A stretch of DNA of 63,074 nucleotides, the filler included, from Reclinomonas americana ATCC 50394 (lineage: Eukaryota): assembly GCA_048213135.1 (NCBI GenBank). It is 15 parts of 9 records of this genome, joined end to end, with 100 filler letters (N's around TTAATTAATTAA, not from the genome) between each part and the next. Parts side by side here need not be neighbours in the genome. Positions count along the whole stretch, not along the records: positions 37,204 to 41,459 come from PS015791.1; positions 41,560 to 47,461 come from PS015792.1; positions 47,562 to 48,640 come from PS015792.1; positions 48,741 to 50,924 come from PS015792.1; positions 51,025 to 52,176 come from AFZH01015598.1; 10 more parts are not named here. One strand, written 5' to 3'. A model generated the notes under the pieces. That model was not told the origin of the DNA and did not search any database. It was given only the letters and a program-made list of their open reading frames with translations. Numbering within the stretch: the first letter of the stretch is position 1; every line of letters begins with the position of its first letter. A program made the translations under genes and the position numbers. Positions 37,427 to 51,222 of this stretch are shown here, one piece after another.

Positions 37427-37487
37427 CACCGCATGTCGCCGCCGTCGCTGCTGTTTTTCACGCATATTTATTCTCTTTGTTACCAAA

Positions 37488-39166
37488 CTATACCCATATT
37501 CGCTGACAGAAGCGGGAGCCCTCCGACAAGCACGAGCATTGCGTACGATAGCGCTTGATGTAGTCGCCCGAATAGCCATAATTGATCGTCAGTTCCTCGC
37601 CGGGATGGATGGTCCGGCGAGACCGATAGGCCAAGTGCGGCAGCGCCATGCCGCGCTCCGTGTGCACCGCAATGCACGACAGTGACGGGTCGCACGAGTG
37701 GTTGAGCCAGCGAGACACGTTGCCACGGAACATGGCGTCGATCGAGTACTTGCAACCGCCTTCGGCGTACTCTAAGTCGTGCACATACGAGATGCCGTCG
37801 CGATCCGAAATCATGCATCGCCGCTCAGCCTCCAGTGGTGGCAGCAGTTCGCCAGCGTACTCGCAGATGAGCGTGTTCGGAGGAATTGGACTCGACTCGG
37901 CCAGCACCACACCCCATCCTTTGCCGACTTTGTGCTCGATGCGGACTTGCACTTGCAGGCCACCAATCACGCGCCGATTGCGTCGAAATCCACGCTGCAG
38001 CAGCAGACGGCGGTCGGCAAAAACGACCACGGCAATGAGGAAAGTACAAAATCGCGTACCTGCTTCGCGACTTCCAACGACGACAGCGGGCAGCGTGGAT
38101 CCGTGCACTCGAAAGCCCTGTCTGTCACACGATTGTGGAATCGCGGCAGTGCACTCGCCGTGTACGCCGCACGATCCTCGCCAACTGCACCGAGACACAC
38201 ATGCAAGGAGTGATGAGACTGATGCTGCGAAACACACATATGTGGGCACTGCAACAACAATGATGGCGCAACAATTATTGAGTTGGCATACACAGATGGT
38301 GGTACTGACGGTCATTGTCTGCAGGTGCGACACGAGCAACTCGATGGGAAACGAGAAGCCGACAGTGGCCAGCGGGACATACTGGAGGCGGGGATGCCAC
38401 AAGTCAACATCTCTCATCTCTGCTGGCGTGCGACGAATGACACGGAGACGCACATCAATGTACGGAAAAACGACTTGAGCTCCATTGCTGGACGCCGGCA
38501 GGGGAATCGACTCACGACCGAGGGAGATGTCGTCGATGTAAAACTCGATGCGCTCAGTATTCGACGATGGAATTTCCCCCACCTGCAAAAAGGGAGAATA
38601 GTGGGTGCGTGGGAGCGCGCGACATAGGTGACATGACGAGCTGCTCACCGGCGCCAGAATGGCCGTATTAATCGCCTCAAACACCTTGTTCACGTCTTGC
38701 TCGAGCGTGTGAATCGCTCGTACCAGCGACGGCAACGACGGCAACAACTGCCACGACAGACACTCAGCAAGTGGACTTGTCTCTGTGCATCCGCCCTCCC
38801 CATGAGTCGACGGGTGACAAGATGAGACGCGAGTGACATTGTTACATCGCCGCAACTCGTCTCTGCTGCCCGCTGGTCCTCAAAGTTGTCAATCGTGCAC
38901 CACGCAGAGTAGTCCAGTGGTGTAAGCGAGGCCGGGTACACAAACACTCTGCGACAGCGAATCACTTGCACAGTTAGTCACATGGAAGTGGAAGGAAAAG
39001 GTGAGGTGCCACTGACCTCCTGCACACAAACTCGTGCTGTTGACACACTGCCGGTGCCTGGTCGACGTGATGGACGCGGCAGTGACCGCACACGAGGCCC
39101 ACTGGCAGATCGAAGCAGTGATTGGTTGCAAACACCTGTTTGCGACGGCAAGGTGTGTTAACAACC

Positions 39167-39198
<32 letters not shown>

Positions 39199-41442
39199 CA
39201 CAATAGCGGACCTCATTATCTCTACACAAAGACCAGTCGACGCCAGCGGTGAGGAGCTCTTGCCGTCCAAGAAACAGGCGGCAACGCACACTGGTCACCC
39301 GGCGATTGCGATCCTTCCAAATGTAGACGATGCGCGAAATGTGCTGCCAGTTGGCGTGCACCGGACCACCGAGACGATGGTAGATAAAGTCACCGGCTGC
39401 CGCAAAAGAGGTAAACATAAAGAATCAAGCAAGGAGAGAGAGAGAGGGAGGTTGTACGCAACAGCGATACGTGACAAAGTCGGTGCGTGTCTCGAACAGA
39501 TGCATCTTGGAAAAGTGAATGTGATTGCCCACGAGACGGAACGGGCACAGCAGCAGGGCGTCCTTGAACGACTGCTCCGCATAACAGTGACGCGGGTGTG
39601 ACGGCACAAACCGACCCGGCTGTGCACAGTGTCGGCATCCCACCACCAAGAAGCAACCACAGACGGGCACACACACACACAACACACACGCACCTCACAG
39701 AGTGACGACGGCTGCGCGGGTACATCAAACTCGCGACATTGCTCGGCGGCTTTCATGAATTGGGAGCACATTGCTTGCTGATACCAGCTGTGCAAGGAGT
39801 GAGCGCCTGTGGATTGACTTGGTTTGAAATTCTCTGCATGCGAGACGCAACTCGGAAAACGCGCCTGCTCCACATTCGGGTGCCGGTGGCGGTGGAGGAC
39901 TGGGGAGGCTTGCGTCCGACTCGCAGCTGTCGCTGTCGTGAGCCGTTGTGACGGTGAACGCGTCCGGTAGAAATTCGCTTTCGTACGCTCCCATTGAGCG
40001 GCGTGCCTTGTCCTGTTCTCGTAGAGCATCGACAGTTCGCCACATTGCCTGCATGTGCTCCACGTGGTGCTCGTCGGCCATTTCTGCACAAGAGGAGGTG
40101 AGGGAGACGGTTTCACGGGCGAGGAATACAGAAACTGCAATCCTACGCACCAATGAACTGACGCACATCACAGGCGTCCATGGCCGTCAGAATGCCCGCC
40201 GCCTCCTGCTCCTCCACAATGAGTCGATGGCACGCTGCCTCCAGTTCCATCAGCGTTCCCCACGTCAGCGCCGCGTCGGCATCCTGCTCACAGAGAGGAA
40301 TGTTAGGCACGGGAGCAACACGATGGGAAGCTTTTAACTCACTTGACCAGGTACGCGCATCGGCAGCGAGAACCGATGCCGGAAGCTGACAGGCACCACA
40401 AACATTCACGGTGAGGTCGCGGTGCACAACTCAAAAAGGATAGCCATATCACCTTCCACTCTCACTGGGTGGTCGGTCGGCCCATTGCTCCATGCATGCC
40501 GACAGAAACCATTCCGTCGCACCCTGCGTTGTGCATTGTGCGCGCATCAGCAGGCAAGCACACTGAGCGAGACCAGGACTGTACGCACCTCGAATGTGAG
40601 ACGGCAGAGGGTAAGCAGCTGCAACACTGGCCGGTTGAGGGTGACAGAGAGAGCCACCAAGGTTGCAATATTGAAGCCGTGGTCATGCATGTATTTTTCC
40701 ACCATGGTCTTCTCCAACTGGCACAGATGTGGTGGTTTTCCGTGAATGCTCCTGCGGTGCGGCTTGATGATGAGCTTGCAGACACNNNNNNNNNNNNNNN
40801 NNNNNCCTCCATGAGGCTGCGAGCGAGCGTCTGGAACGACAACACACCGCTCATCAAGCGATGCAGAGTGATCGGAAACCCCTCCCATCTGCACAGCAGC
40901 GTCAGCACGAGTACGCACACGGAAGGGAGGGAGGAGGGAGGGAGAGGGAGAGGAGTACACAACGTTTCCAGTGCGCCGCTCTTGGTCAGCGCCTGCAACC
41001 ACGACGTGACCACGTGAAGCACACTCCGCCTGCTCGCGACCGTGCTGAGCTTCTGCAGCGGCGACAGGTCCTGCATTCGTGTCCACGGCAGTGTGCCCAT
41101 CTGTGCGCGATTCTTAGCGACGAGGGAACTCCAGTGTGCTCACTCACTCACTCACTCACTCGCAGACTCACCCCATCATCGTCGATGGATGCGCTGGCCC
41201 CTGCGTCGCCGCCGCTCGCTGACGATGCCCGTGGTAATGACATGGTCGCCCACAACGAGTGGCGCGAACGCCAGCGATGAGAAAGGGAGGGGTTTCTCCT
41301 CACACACAAGCACACGACGAGGGAGGGAGGACAAGTTCTTTCGTTTTAATAACACCGATGCATCGTCGGAAAAGGGATCACACCCGTCGTCGCTTCCGTG
41401 CAGCTGGGGCAACTGGTGGCTCATCGTCAGCCTCAGCAGCAT
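37488..41442 (-). CDS. SET-domain histone lysine methyltransferase (SUV39/G9a-like) with an upstream BAH-like domain; 5' end uncertain
   Basis: SET: KGWGV..ICEYAGEL..SIDAMFRGNVSRWLNHSCDP..IHPGEELTINYG, post-SET CSC..C. BAH-like: VTYR|SGDFIY..HISRIVYIWKD..VRCRLFLGRQEL..|VFATNHCFDLPVGLVCGHCRV..FVCRR. Confidence 0.8.
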
Positions 41443-41559
41443 CCTGTTCGCCGTCGCCANNNNNNNNNNNNNNNNNNNNNNNNNNNNNNNNNNNNNNNNN
41501 NNNTTAATTAATTAANNNNNNNNNNNNNNNNNNNNNNNNNNNNNNNNNNNNNNNNNNNN

Positions 41560-44500
41560 GTCATCGGTAACATCGTCGGCCTCTTCGGCCTTGGACGACG
41601 CGGCACGGGCGCCGGATCTGTGGCGGTCGACACCAAGTGAGGGAACGGAAAAAGACAAGGATGAAAAGACACGACGATGTGCGCGCAACTTGCCAGTCTT
41701 GCCAGCCTTGCCAGCCTTGCCGGTCTTGCCCGCTCGAGTCGCCTGTTTCTTGGTGGGTGGTGTTGGCGGCGGCGCCTCGTCGTCGGTGACATCACCGTCA
41801 ACCGACTCGGCCTTGTCTTCACCTGCGTCGTCGTCGTCGTCGTCGCCATCCGACTCGCGGGCACGCTTCTTTGACCGAGCGGCGGCAGCCGACGGTGACT
41901 TGCCGGGGGTCATCACTGCACCACGCACGATGTCAGCAATCAGCAAAGGCAGGAACGCCTGCGAGCATACTCACCAGTGGGGCGAACGCCAGATGCCTTC
42001 TCCAGCGAGGCGAGGAAGGAGTCGATCACCTGCAGACGATAGGCAGCCATGCCGACCTTGAGCGGCACAATGGCTGAACGGAATCGCTCCAACCTGCTCC
42101 GCTCAGACAAGTGAGGGCGCATGTCGCAACAGGAGCGAAAAAGCAAAGGCGACGCAACAGCAGCTTGGCATGCTCACGATGGGTGCGCTGCGCGTACGGT
42201 ACCAACCCGGCCAGGAACTCCACATTCTCACCGCGCTTGGCGAGGGCGAATTCCAGACCAGAGCTGCACGCGTGACCATGAGCGCGATGGTTCAAGGCAG
42301 GAAAACATCAAAACACACACACGTACCGCACAATCTCCGAGACATTGGTGCGCAGCTTGTCCTTGGAAAACTGGTGCGACTTGCTGAGGTTGACGGCGAG
42401 GCCAACAAAGTCGGCATAGAACTCTGCCACACCACATCCCGTCAGCAAATACCTGTGGGGGGGTGGCAACATGTAGGCACTACGCCGACTCACCCATTAT
42501 GGAGTCCTCGTCGACAGCACCGTCGGCCGCCTCCACATTCTCCAGCGTCTCGCGACACCGCACAAACTCGCGCTTCATGGCCTCCACCTCGGCAATGCCC
42601 TCCTCACTCGGCTCCTCCCTCTTGAGGGTTTGGAAAAAGTGCTTGAGGCCTCTGTGTGCACATGCGAGTGGGTTCAGGATGCACCAAGTGGATGATAGGG
42701 GACGAATGCAGGCAAAAACGCAACAGGAACACACGCGTCGACGCCTCGGGACCCTTGCGGTGCATGAGTTGCTGGCGGTGGTAGTGTGACAAGACGGCCG
42801 ATGCGTGCGCCACACTTATGTGCTGTCGGAGTACGGCCTGGGGCGGGCGGAGACGAACACAAGTCAGCGAGCGCAGCACCTACGGTAGCAGTAGCGCACG
42901 CATGCGCGCACACACACCGCGCCGAGACCACGAATCAGATCCATCTTCTTGTCCCACCGCTCGAAACCAGTGTACAGATCTCCGTCCTCGATCTCGGCCT
43001 CGGTGAATCCGTTCTCATCTATTCAGCGTGACATGTTGGTCTCAGACCAGACGTAAAGAAATAGATGATACACGGTCGCCTACCCTTCTCCAGGAACTCG
43101 CCAAAGAACACAATGATTTTGCGTTCGAGTGGAGCCGCCGGTTCGAAGCGCAGTGAGGCCGGCTGCTCGGCACCACCAAACAGCAAAATCAAGTTCAACA
43201 GCACGCATGTTGCCTGCGACACTGGCGCGTGAGCAAAGCGACAAAGAAAAGAAAAACACGCAGTCGACTCACCAAGTGTTGTACCGGTTCGCGCACATCA
43301 TCAATCAGAGCCTCCATCAAGGTCACCACAGACTGGCGTCGCTCCACAAACGCGGACACCCTGGCACCTCACGTCAGGATAACGACAGAGAAAGAAACCA
43401 ACGGCGAAAGAACGGAACTTGGCGTCACGAGCACTGCCACCCTCGCCCTCCTCCAGCAACTGCACCATGTCAACAGTCTCCCACGACAGAATCTGCAGCG
43501 CAGACTGCATGGCCAGCACCAGAATCTACACAACAGCAGTCACACACACACACATGTGACAAACTGCGGATTTCGAAAGACAATTTACCTCGCTGACAAG
43601 GCCACTCGGCGTCGACTCCTCCATCTCCTTCTTTCGGTGGTACTCCAGCAGCTTGAGCACCGGCTCCAACAGTGCACCCTCGCTGAACGAGTCGACCAGA
43701 TTCACGTGGCGCAGCACGGCCAGCAAGCGTTGCAGATTGCAAAAGAGCGCCATGCGATCACGCTTGTGCGCACTGGCACCACGACTCTACACCACGCACT
43801 CGTGAGAAGGCACAACGAAGGTGCATAGGCAGGTACTCCGACAGCAGAACCGACCGTCACGGAGTTGACGGAGGAGGGCAGCTTGGAGCGGAAGGGTGCC
43901 ACCAGGGCCTCGTACTGTTCCGACGCCGTCTCCTTGAAGGCGTGCTCCTCCCCAAACAACGCATGACGGAAACAGGCCGCTGCTGCAGCGTGCACATCGG
44001 CACGGGTGGAGCGCCACATGGCACTGGCGGCAAACGCCAGCACATCCGACAGTTCCTGCAGCAAGCAACGGATTGAGTCGTCGGCACCAAACTACACACG
44101 CACACACACACACAACTTGCCGTCGGCGATCGCACCTTTTGCTGCTTGAACTTGGCGAACGACGATATCGGCAGGCACGGGAACAGCGACAACAGATGCG
44201 CCACGGGGTCGCCATCGCCACGCACACACTCCAGCATTTGCGACATGGAGCCGGTCATGAGACGAATGCACTCGTCGGGCGTCTCCGGCTCATCGGCCGC
44301 CACACTCTCTCCTTTCTTGTCCCACAGCGGAGCTGGCCACATGGGAACGCCGAGGAAGCGCTTCACGGCGGCCACACCGAGACGCACCAGCATGAACTCG
44401 GGTTTCTGGGAGAGCATGGTCGACAGGTAAGAGATGGCAGTGGAAGACCACAAAGCAAGTGTGTGGGGAGAGATGCACCAGTGCGTCGCCGACAGCATCG

Positions 44501-47461
44501 ACCATTTCCGGAGCTTCGCTCGAGTTCTCCGCACCGACTCTCTCGGTGACCGTCGTCAGCACTTCCACCACTTTGCTGACGTTCTGTAGTACGAAGACAA
44601 GAAGAATCAGAAAATGGGGAAAAGGAAGACGAAGAAAGTGTGCGATTACCTGCAACGCCTCGGAAACGCCGCTCATGGCGTCGACAACGTAGCACGCGGC
44701 AAGATCGTTGCCCGGCCAGGCAGCCAACTGTCGTCGCGCATCGTCGTCATCATCACCACCACCTTCGCCACCGGCAATGGGAGCGTGGTAGGACAGCGCA
44801 AACTCGGCCAGCGCCTCGAATTCGACACGCTCCACATCCACCGATTGCTTCACACTGCGTGCGCTCTGCTTGCGTCCTCGCTTGCCGCCTTCCCCACTTG
44901 CACTGGCCGCAGCAGCAGCAGCGACAGCTTCGTCTTGCTGCTCCGCCACCATGGCCTCGACACGCGGCTTCATGGCATACCGGTACACAAACGGTGCGAC
45001 GGCTCGACGGACGCTCGCGTCGTCGTCGAAAGTGAGTCGAACGACGGCATCCAGGCGCTGTTTTCAGAGTGGAGGAGGAGGAGGGAAGTTAAGAGAAGGA
45101 GGAGGAAGAGAGGAAGTGGGAGGAGGGAGAAGATGGAGGAGAGGGAGAAGAAGAAGAGAAACAAGGGGGCGTACCGTGCGCATGTCGGCGAGGGGATCGG
45201 CCTTGGCATTCACTGGTTTGAGCGCTCGGCCCGACGATGAGGCACGGTCGGGGAGGAGGCCAAGTCTGCATTTTTTGTTCATCACGATCGTCAACAACGA
45301 AGACCTCGCGTCAGCCAGCACGCTACCCCGCACACCACGCAACTCCACGAGACGAGTGAGCAGGCCCATGGCCAGCTTGGCCACTTGCAGATCAACGTCG
45401 GCCACCATCTCCACCAGACGCGGACCGAAACGCTGCAGGAAGCGGGCAAGCTTCGGAATGTTGGCCTCGTTCCTGTAGAGCAACTCAAAGACGCCCAGGG
45501 AGGCCAGACGAACGCTTGCATCCTGCGCGATAGAAGACTCAGCACACATCAACAAGAGAGAGAGAGAGAGAAACGCGCAAGACCACGCACCGCATCGTTC
45601 AGAGTCCAAGCGGCGTACTTGAGCATCTCGTCCTTGAGGAAGACGGCCGGGTGATTGGCAATCCACTTGCCGCTGTTGGTGATGGTGTCCTCGCGAATGG
45701 TCGCCGCACTGTCGCGGTACCGCCGATCCACCACGCTTTCGCACAGCGTCTTCATGAGTTCGTCCAGGCGTGTGAGATCGGCCTCGGCCGCGGCGCTGTG
45801 TAAACGGAGGTAAGTGTGGAGTCATGGGTGTGGACTGCAGTGGCGACGACGACGCACTTTGATTTCTTCGCCGCCGCCTTGTCGACCTGCTTGCGCAACT
45901 CCTGCGCCACCTCCACGCACTCGGCCACGATCGCAAACAGGGCGACACAGGCCGTGTGGCGGTAGGCACGGACAGGGGATCTACGAGGGGTAAGGGTGGA
46001 AGGGTGGGAAGGGGGAGAAGGGAGAGAGTGAGAAAAGGACGTGCGTGCACGGCTGACAGCTGCACGTGGTACGTGGCAGTGGACGCACCCACTGAGAATG
46101 ATTAGCCACGCCAGCACGGTCTCGGAGAATGTCTCGTCGAACAGAGTCTCACGCGCCGACTTGCTGATGAGCTTGGACCAGAACTCGACAAACTGGCGAC
46201 GGAAGTTGCGACCGGCGGTGCCCTTGGCCACCAGTGGATACGCGGTGGTCGCGGGTGGCTGTGCATCTCACCGATGAGTTTTGTCTGCAGTCAACACACG
46301 AGCGCCATCGGCACACACACGCACCTCCTCCAGGTCGGCAATCGCTCCGTCCATGTCGATCTCCTCGTCCAGCACTTGCTCGACAGAGAGCGAGCCCTTG
46401 CCGCCAGCCGCCTGCCAACAACGTTCACGAGGTGAGTCGCACGCACCACCATCATAACAGAGAAAGAAAGAAAGGCACGGCGCAACTTGAATCACAAAGT
46501 TGACGAGCTCCGTCATGGCCTTGTCCTTGGCCTGCCCGTACCGGTGCAGCCAGTCGGTGATGACGGCGACGGTGGCCGGTGCGCGGCCGGATTCGAAGAG
46601 CATGCCTGGGGAGGGGAAGGAGAAGGGAAGAAAAGAGTGAGAGAAGAAAGACGACAGAGGAGAGGAGAGATGACGAATGCATACGCAAGCCAGGGAGATG
46701 TCTCGAGACAAGAGAGGATGTGGGAAACGCAGCAACGAGAACAAGACGGTGCAGCAGGAGATGAAAGCGAGGAAGAGAAGAGAGAAAGAGAAACAGTGAA
46801 CATGCACAGCGGGACAGCGAGATGAGGTAGAAGAAGAAACGAGCAGAAAGATATTGAAGAATCAGAGGCACGAACGAGAGACAAGTGATCCACTCCCTCA
46901 CCATGCAGCGACTTGTTGGCGGCACTCTTTCGTCCTTTCGGAGAACCTCCCGCCGCTGATGCATCCTCCGCCGCTGCCGCCGCACCCTTCTTGCCGCGCT
47001 TCGCCACCGGCTTTGGAGGCGGCATTAGCGCATCGTCCGTCAACGCCGGTGTCTTCTTGCCGCGCTTGCCAGCCGCCGCCTGCGCCTTCTTGCCACGAGG
47101 CTTTCTCTTGGGTCGCTCCTCCTCCTCGTCCTCGTCTTCATCCTCTTCCTCTTCCTCATCGTCGTCCTCATCATCAGCATCGTCATCACTCTGCTCCTCT
47201 GCATCGTCTTCGTCGTCCGCGTCCTCGGGCGGTGAGCTCGGTCCACTCATCACCTGACTGGACGATGAAGATGCCAAGGAGGCTGACGCGCAGACAATGA
47301 TGATAAGGAGAAGGAAGAGGGGGAATGCGAGAGGCAATTCGTTCAGCATTACCTCGCTGACGAGCGGATCGACGCGGTCCAGGTGAATCCACTTGCATCT
47401 CCTCCACGGGTTGTGCCTCCTCTTGTTCTTGTTCTTCCTCCTCCTCCTCCTCCACCACTCG
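41560..47461 (-). CDS. SCC3: Cohesin subunit SA/STAG (Scc3); both ends in gaps
   Basis: DWLHRY..AMTELVNFVIQ|AAG, YPL, WLIILSG|SPVRAYRHTA, RRYRDSAATIR..GKWIANHPAVFLKDEMLKYAAWTLND|..VRL, FLQRFGPRLVEMVADVD. Confidence 0.92.
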
Positions 47462-47581
47462 NNNNNNNNNNNNNNNNNNNNNNNNNNNNNNNNNNNNNNN
47501 NNNNNTTAATTAATTAANNNNNNNNNNNNNNNNNNNNNNNNNNNNNNNNNNNNNNNNNNNNTGCGTGCGTGCAACAGAGGT

Positions 47582-50500
47582 GAGATTTCCCACTTCAACA
47601 CAATCTGTTTTTCTCGCGCGCGCGCAACTTGTCGAGGGCGCGGAGCTTGGCGACCTTGGTCTGCTTGGCGACCGTCGATGTGGTCTGTCGCCGCACCGAC
47701 AGACGCTGCGTAAACCACAAAAGAATGAGCGATCTTCAACAGTCAACCTCCCTCCTCTGTCATGCGCGCCCACCTTTTTCTGTGCACTCCCGCTCGTGCC
47801 AAGTGCGGCGGCCACACTCGTCGGTGCTGCCGCGGCATCATTCGCCGATCGCTGTGCTCGCCCGAGTGCGCGATGCAGATCCGCCACACACTCCATCAGC
47901 TCGACGGCTTCTGGGCTCTGCGATTCGTGCGATCAGTTCATGCCCTCTCACACTCCTTTTGCCACATAGACGCACCACAGAGCGGGCTGATGCCGCACTG
48001 CTGGCCGAACGGCGCAGAGCCGGACCAGGTGACACGGTCGAGGGGCCGACAGAGCTGGCGAGTCGACGGGCAGACTCGCTGCGCATCGGCGACGAGCGAT
48101 TGAAGCGCACGCGTGGAGGGACATTGTCAGTGCGCGTCTCGACTCCACTGCCACCTCCAGCAGCGCGCAAGCGCCCCGGTGGCGACAAGGATGCGGCGCG
48201 AGGTGACAGCGGTCCGTGAATGGGAGAAGGCCGTCTGCGCAACACCACCATGACAGTGAGGCACACTACGCCACAGAAGAAAGCATCGAAAAAAGACTAC
48301 GCACTCGTCCTCCAGGCGGCGACCGCGCGGCATGTCGAGCATGGAGGTGGGAATGGAGTGCGCTCTCGCCACCTCCTCCTGCACCATGCGTTGCCTATCG
48401 CGTTCCTGCTCCATTTCCCGCATCAATCGATCGCGCAACTCCCTCGCCTCACTCTCGCGCGCCGACACCACCGTCGCCGATGCCACATGCTCTGCGTCGA
48501 CTTCGGCCACTGCGGCTGCCTCCTGTGCCAGCTTGTGTCGTCGATCTCCTTCACGTCGCTCGTCTTCGAGTCGTCGCTGAATCTCGCGCCGTTCACGGTA
48601 CTCTCGCTCCTCACGTGCCTGCTGCGCCTCCCCACTCTCCNNNNNNNNNNNNNNNNNNNNNNNNNNNNNNNNNNNNNNNNNNNNTTAATTAATTAANNNN
48701 NNNNNNNNNNNNNNNNNNNNNNNNNNNNNNNNNNNNNNNNGCGCAAGGAGTGAGTCTTCACATCAGAAGAGGGTGCAGCCAAAAGAAATGAACCTGCGGG
48801 TGCGCGAAGATGATGGGCGAGGTTCCGTGGCAGAGCTGCGCTGACGATGTCTGCGCTCGTTCTGTGAATCGAGCTGGAGTGAGTATGCAGGGAGGGAGAG
48901 AGCGGTGGCGCCGAGTCGCTCACCTCCGCGTCGACCATGTGTTCGCGAATCTCGGCCAACTTTCTCCAATGATCAGCGTCGGCACGGGCCTCCTGCAGCG
49001 ACTCGTGCAGCTACCACATGCAGGCGGGTAAGGCAAGCAGTCTCTCTGCCGCGCTCCAAATCCCTATTCGCAGCAAACCTTTTTCTGAATCTTCACCACT
49101 GTCTTGAGCTCCCTCGCCACGTCGGAGACATGAGCATTCAGTCTATGCGTGTCAATGGTGAGTTCCACTCGCTCGCCAGTGATCTCAATGCTCCTCCGCT
49201 GACCTTCCGCACTCGTCACGCATCGGCTTGGTCATTACATCCACCAGTTCGCGGCTGCGTTCCGACGCTCGCTCCGCCGTGTTGTTGATATCCGACACAC
49301 GCATCTGCAGCAGCACACATCAGCAAGAGCACAGCCCATTGTTTGTTCACTTCCCTGCCGCAACTCGCAATGTCTCCTCTGCCTTGGCACGGTCCTCCTG
49401 TTCGCGACTCAGGAGCTGATTGGTGCGATACAGTTCCTGCTCGAGAGCGTTGATGCGCTCGCGCAACTCGCGCTGCGATGCGTGCTTGTTTTGAGCACAA
49501 CAAGCCACACATACAACGCCCCGTGTTGTCCACACGCGCACACACCTCGTGGCGAGACTCGCGGTCAGCCATGCTCTTGACGTACGCCGCCAGACGACTC
49601 TCCGTGTCGCTGACGACAGCCAGTGTGTTTTCCTTGCCCACTTCGGCCATGTTGGCCACGGCCTCTTGCTGGTGGAACAGCCTGCGCCATCATCCAGGGG
49701 TGAGCAAAAATGGCAAACGAATTCCTGTGCGCTTGGTTGCCTGCCGCAACTGTTCCACACGGCGGTTCATCTGCTCCGTCAACTCGTCGCACCGAGCCAC
49801 TCGGAGCAACGCTTCATCGGCCTCCACGCGCACGTCACGCAGCGCATGACCCATGTCGGTAATGCGCACCTCGGTGGTGCGCTGCACGGCCTCTGCGTTC
49901 ACATGCAGACCGTCCAAGCGACTACCACCAGCACAGACACGAATGAGAAACCACAATCCCCCCGTCCACGCATGTGCGCAGTTCCTCACCGCGCAGTCTC
50001 GTCGGCATTGCGTTTCACCGACTCGAGCATGTCAGCCATCTGCGAGTGCGACTCCATGCACACCCGCAGCTCCGTCCACGTCTGCTTGTTGGCCTCCTCG
50101 AGGTTCCGCATGTGATCCCGAGCCACGCTCTTGGCCTCGGCGCGAGCTGTCTCCTCCACCGCGCCCTGTCGATCGCACACGCCATCCAAACGCACGCGAT
50201 CCTCGCCCATGCGTCGCTCCAGTGCCGCCAGCCGTCGTTCCGTCTCCTGCGTTCAACGCGTTGGCGATCTTACCATGTTGTCTCTCTTTGCGACGGATCT
50301 CACCTGTTCGCGATCATCGCCCAACGTGCGCAGCAAGTTGCACAGCTTGGTGGCATTGTTGAGCTTCTCCTCCTGCGTCAGCATCTGATGCGCCAGCTGC
50401 TCGATGCGATCGGAGAACCCCTGCACAGTCATGCATGCCGACGATACCTGGGATCGATCAAAACAGCGAGTGAGCAAGAAAAGGAGACACCACCTGGAGC

Positions 50501-50887
50501 GGAGAGGTGCGCACCTGCTCGAGTTGTGTCTCCAGAAAGGCGACATAGGCGTTGCGATCGACGGTGAGACGCTGCGTTGGGTCGCCGAGTGCCGCAGCCT
50601 CCTGTTTTTCCAGGATCGTGTGAGAAAAGGTGAGTCGACACAAGAGAGAGTGACGAGAGAGAAAGAGAGAGAGAGAGAGAAGGCCAGCTACGTTCTCTCT
50701 TGTGTGAAGAGAGTGCACGGAAGACGAAGAGAAGGAAGCCGTTGTTCCGCACGATACATAATCGATCACTGCTGACTCTGCTCTCACTCAAGTTTCCCCT
50801 TTCAGTCCGCCTCTCTCCCCCTCCTCCTCCTGCTCGCCGCACCCTTCGTTTCTTGAGGTACTCGTGATAGTACGAGTTGCCCGACAT
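47582..50887 (-). CDS. Uncharacterised long coiled-coil protein, spans a gap, 3' partial
   Basis: RLTVDRNAYVAFLETQLEQ|VSSACMTVQGFSDRIEQL followed by many heptad exons joined by GT-AG. Confidence 0.65.
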
Positions 50888-51222
50888 TGTGAACAAAAAC
50901 TGGCAAGCTTCCGGACCGTTGCTCNNNNNNNNNNNNNNNNNNNNNNNNNNNNNNNNNNNNNNNNNNNNTTAATTAATTAANNNNNNNNNNNNNNNNNNNN
51001 NNNNNNNNNNNNNNNNNNNNNNNNGGAGGAGAGAGAGAAGAGAGAGAAGAGAGAGAAGAGAGAGAAGAGAGAAAGATGAACAATACATCTTCTGTGACAT
51101 TCCGACAAGGAACAATGAGGAGCGAGAAAGCGGTCTTTGAGAGAAAACGAGTGCGCACACGAGGACAACAAATCACCAACGCATCCTTTTGAGCCCCCCT
51201 TTCCTTTCCCCCCCTTCCCCCT

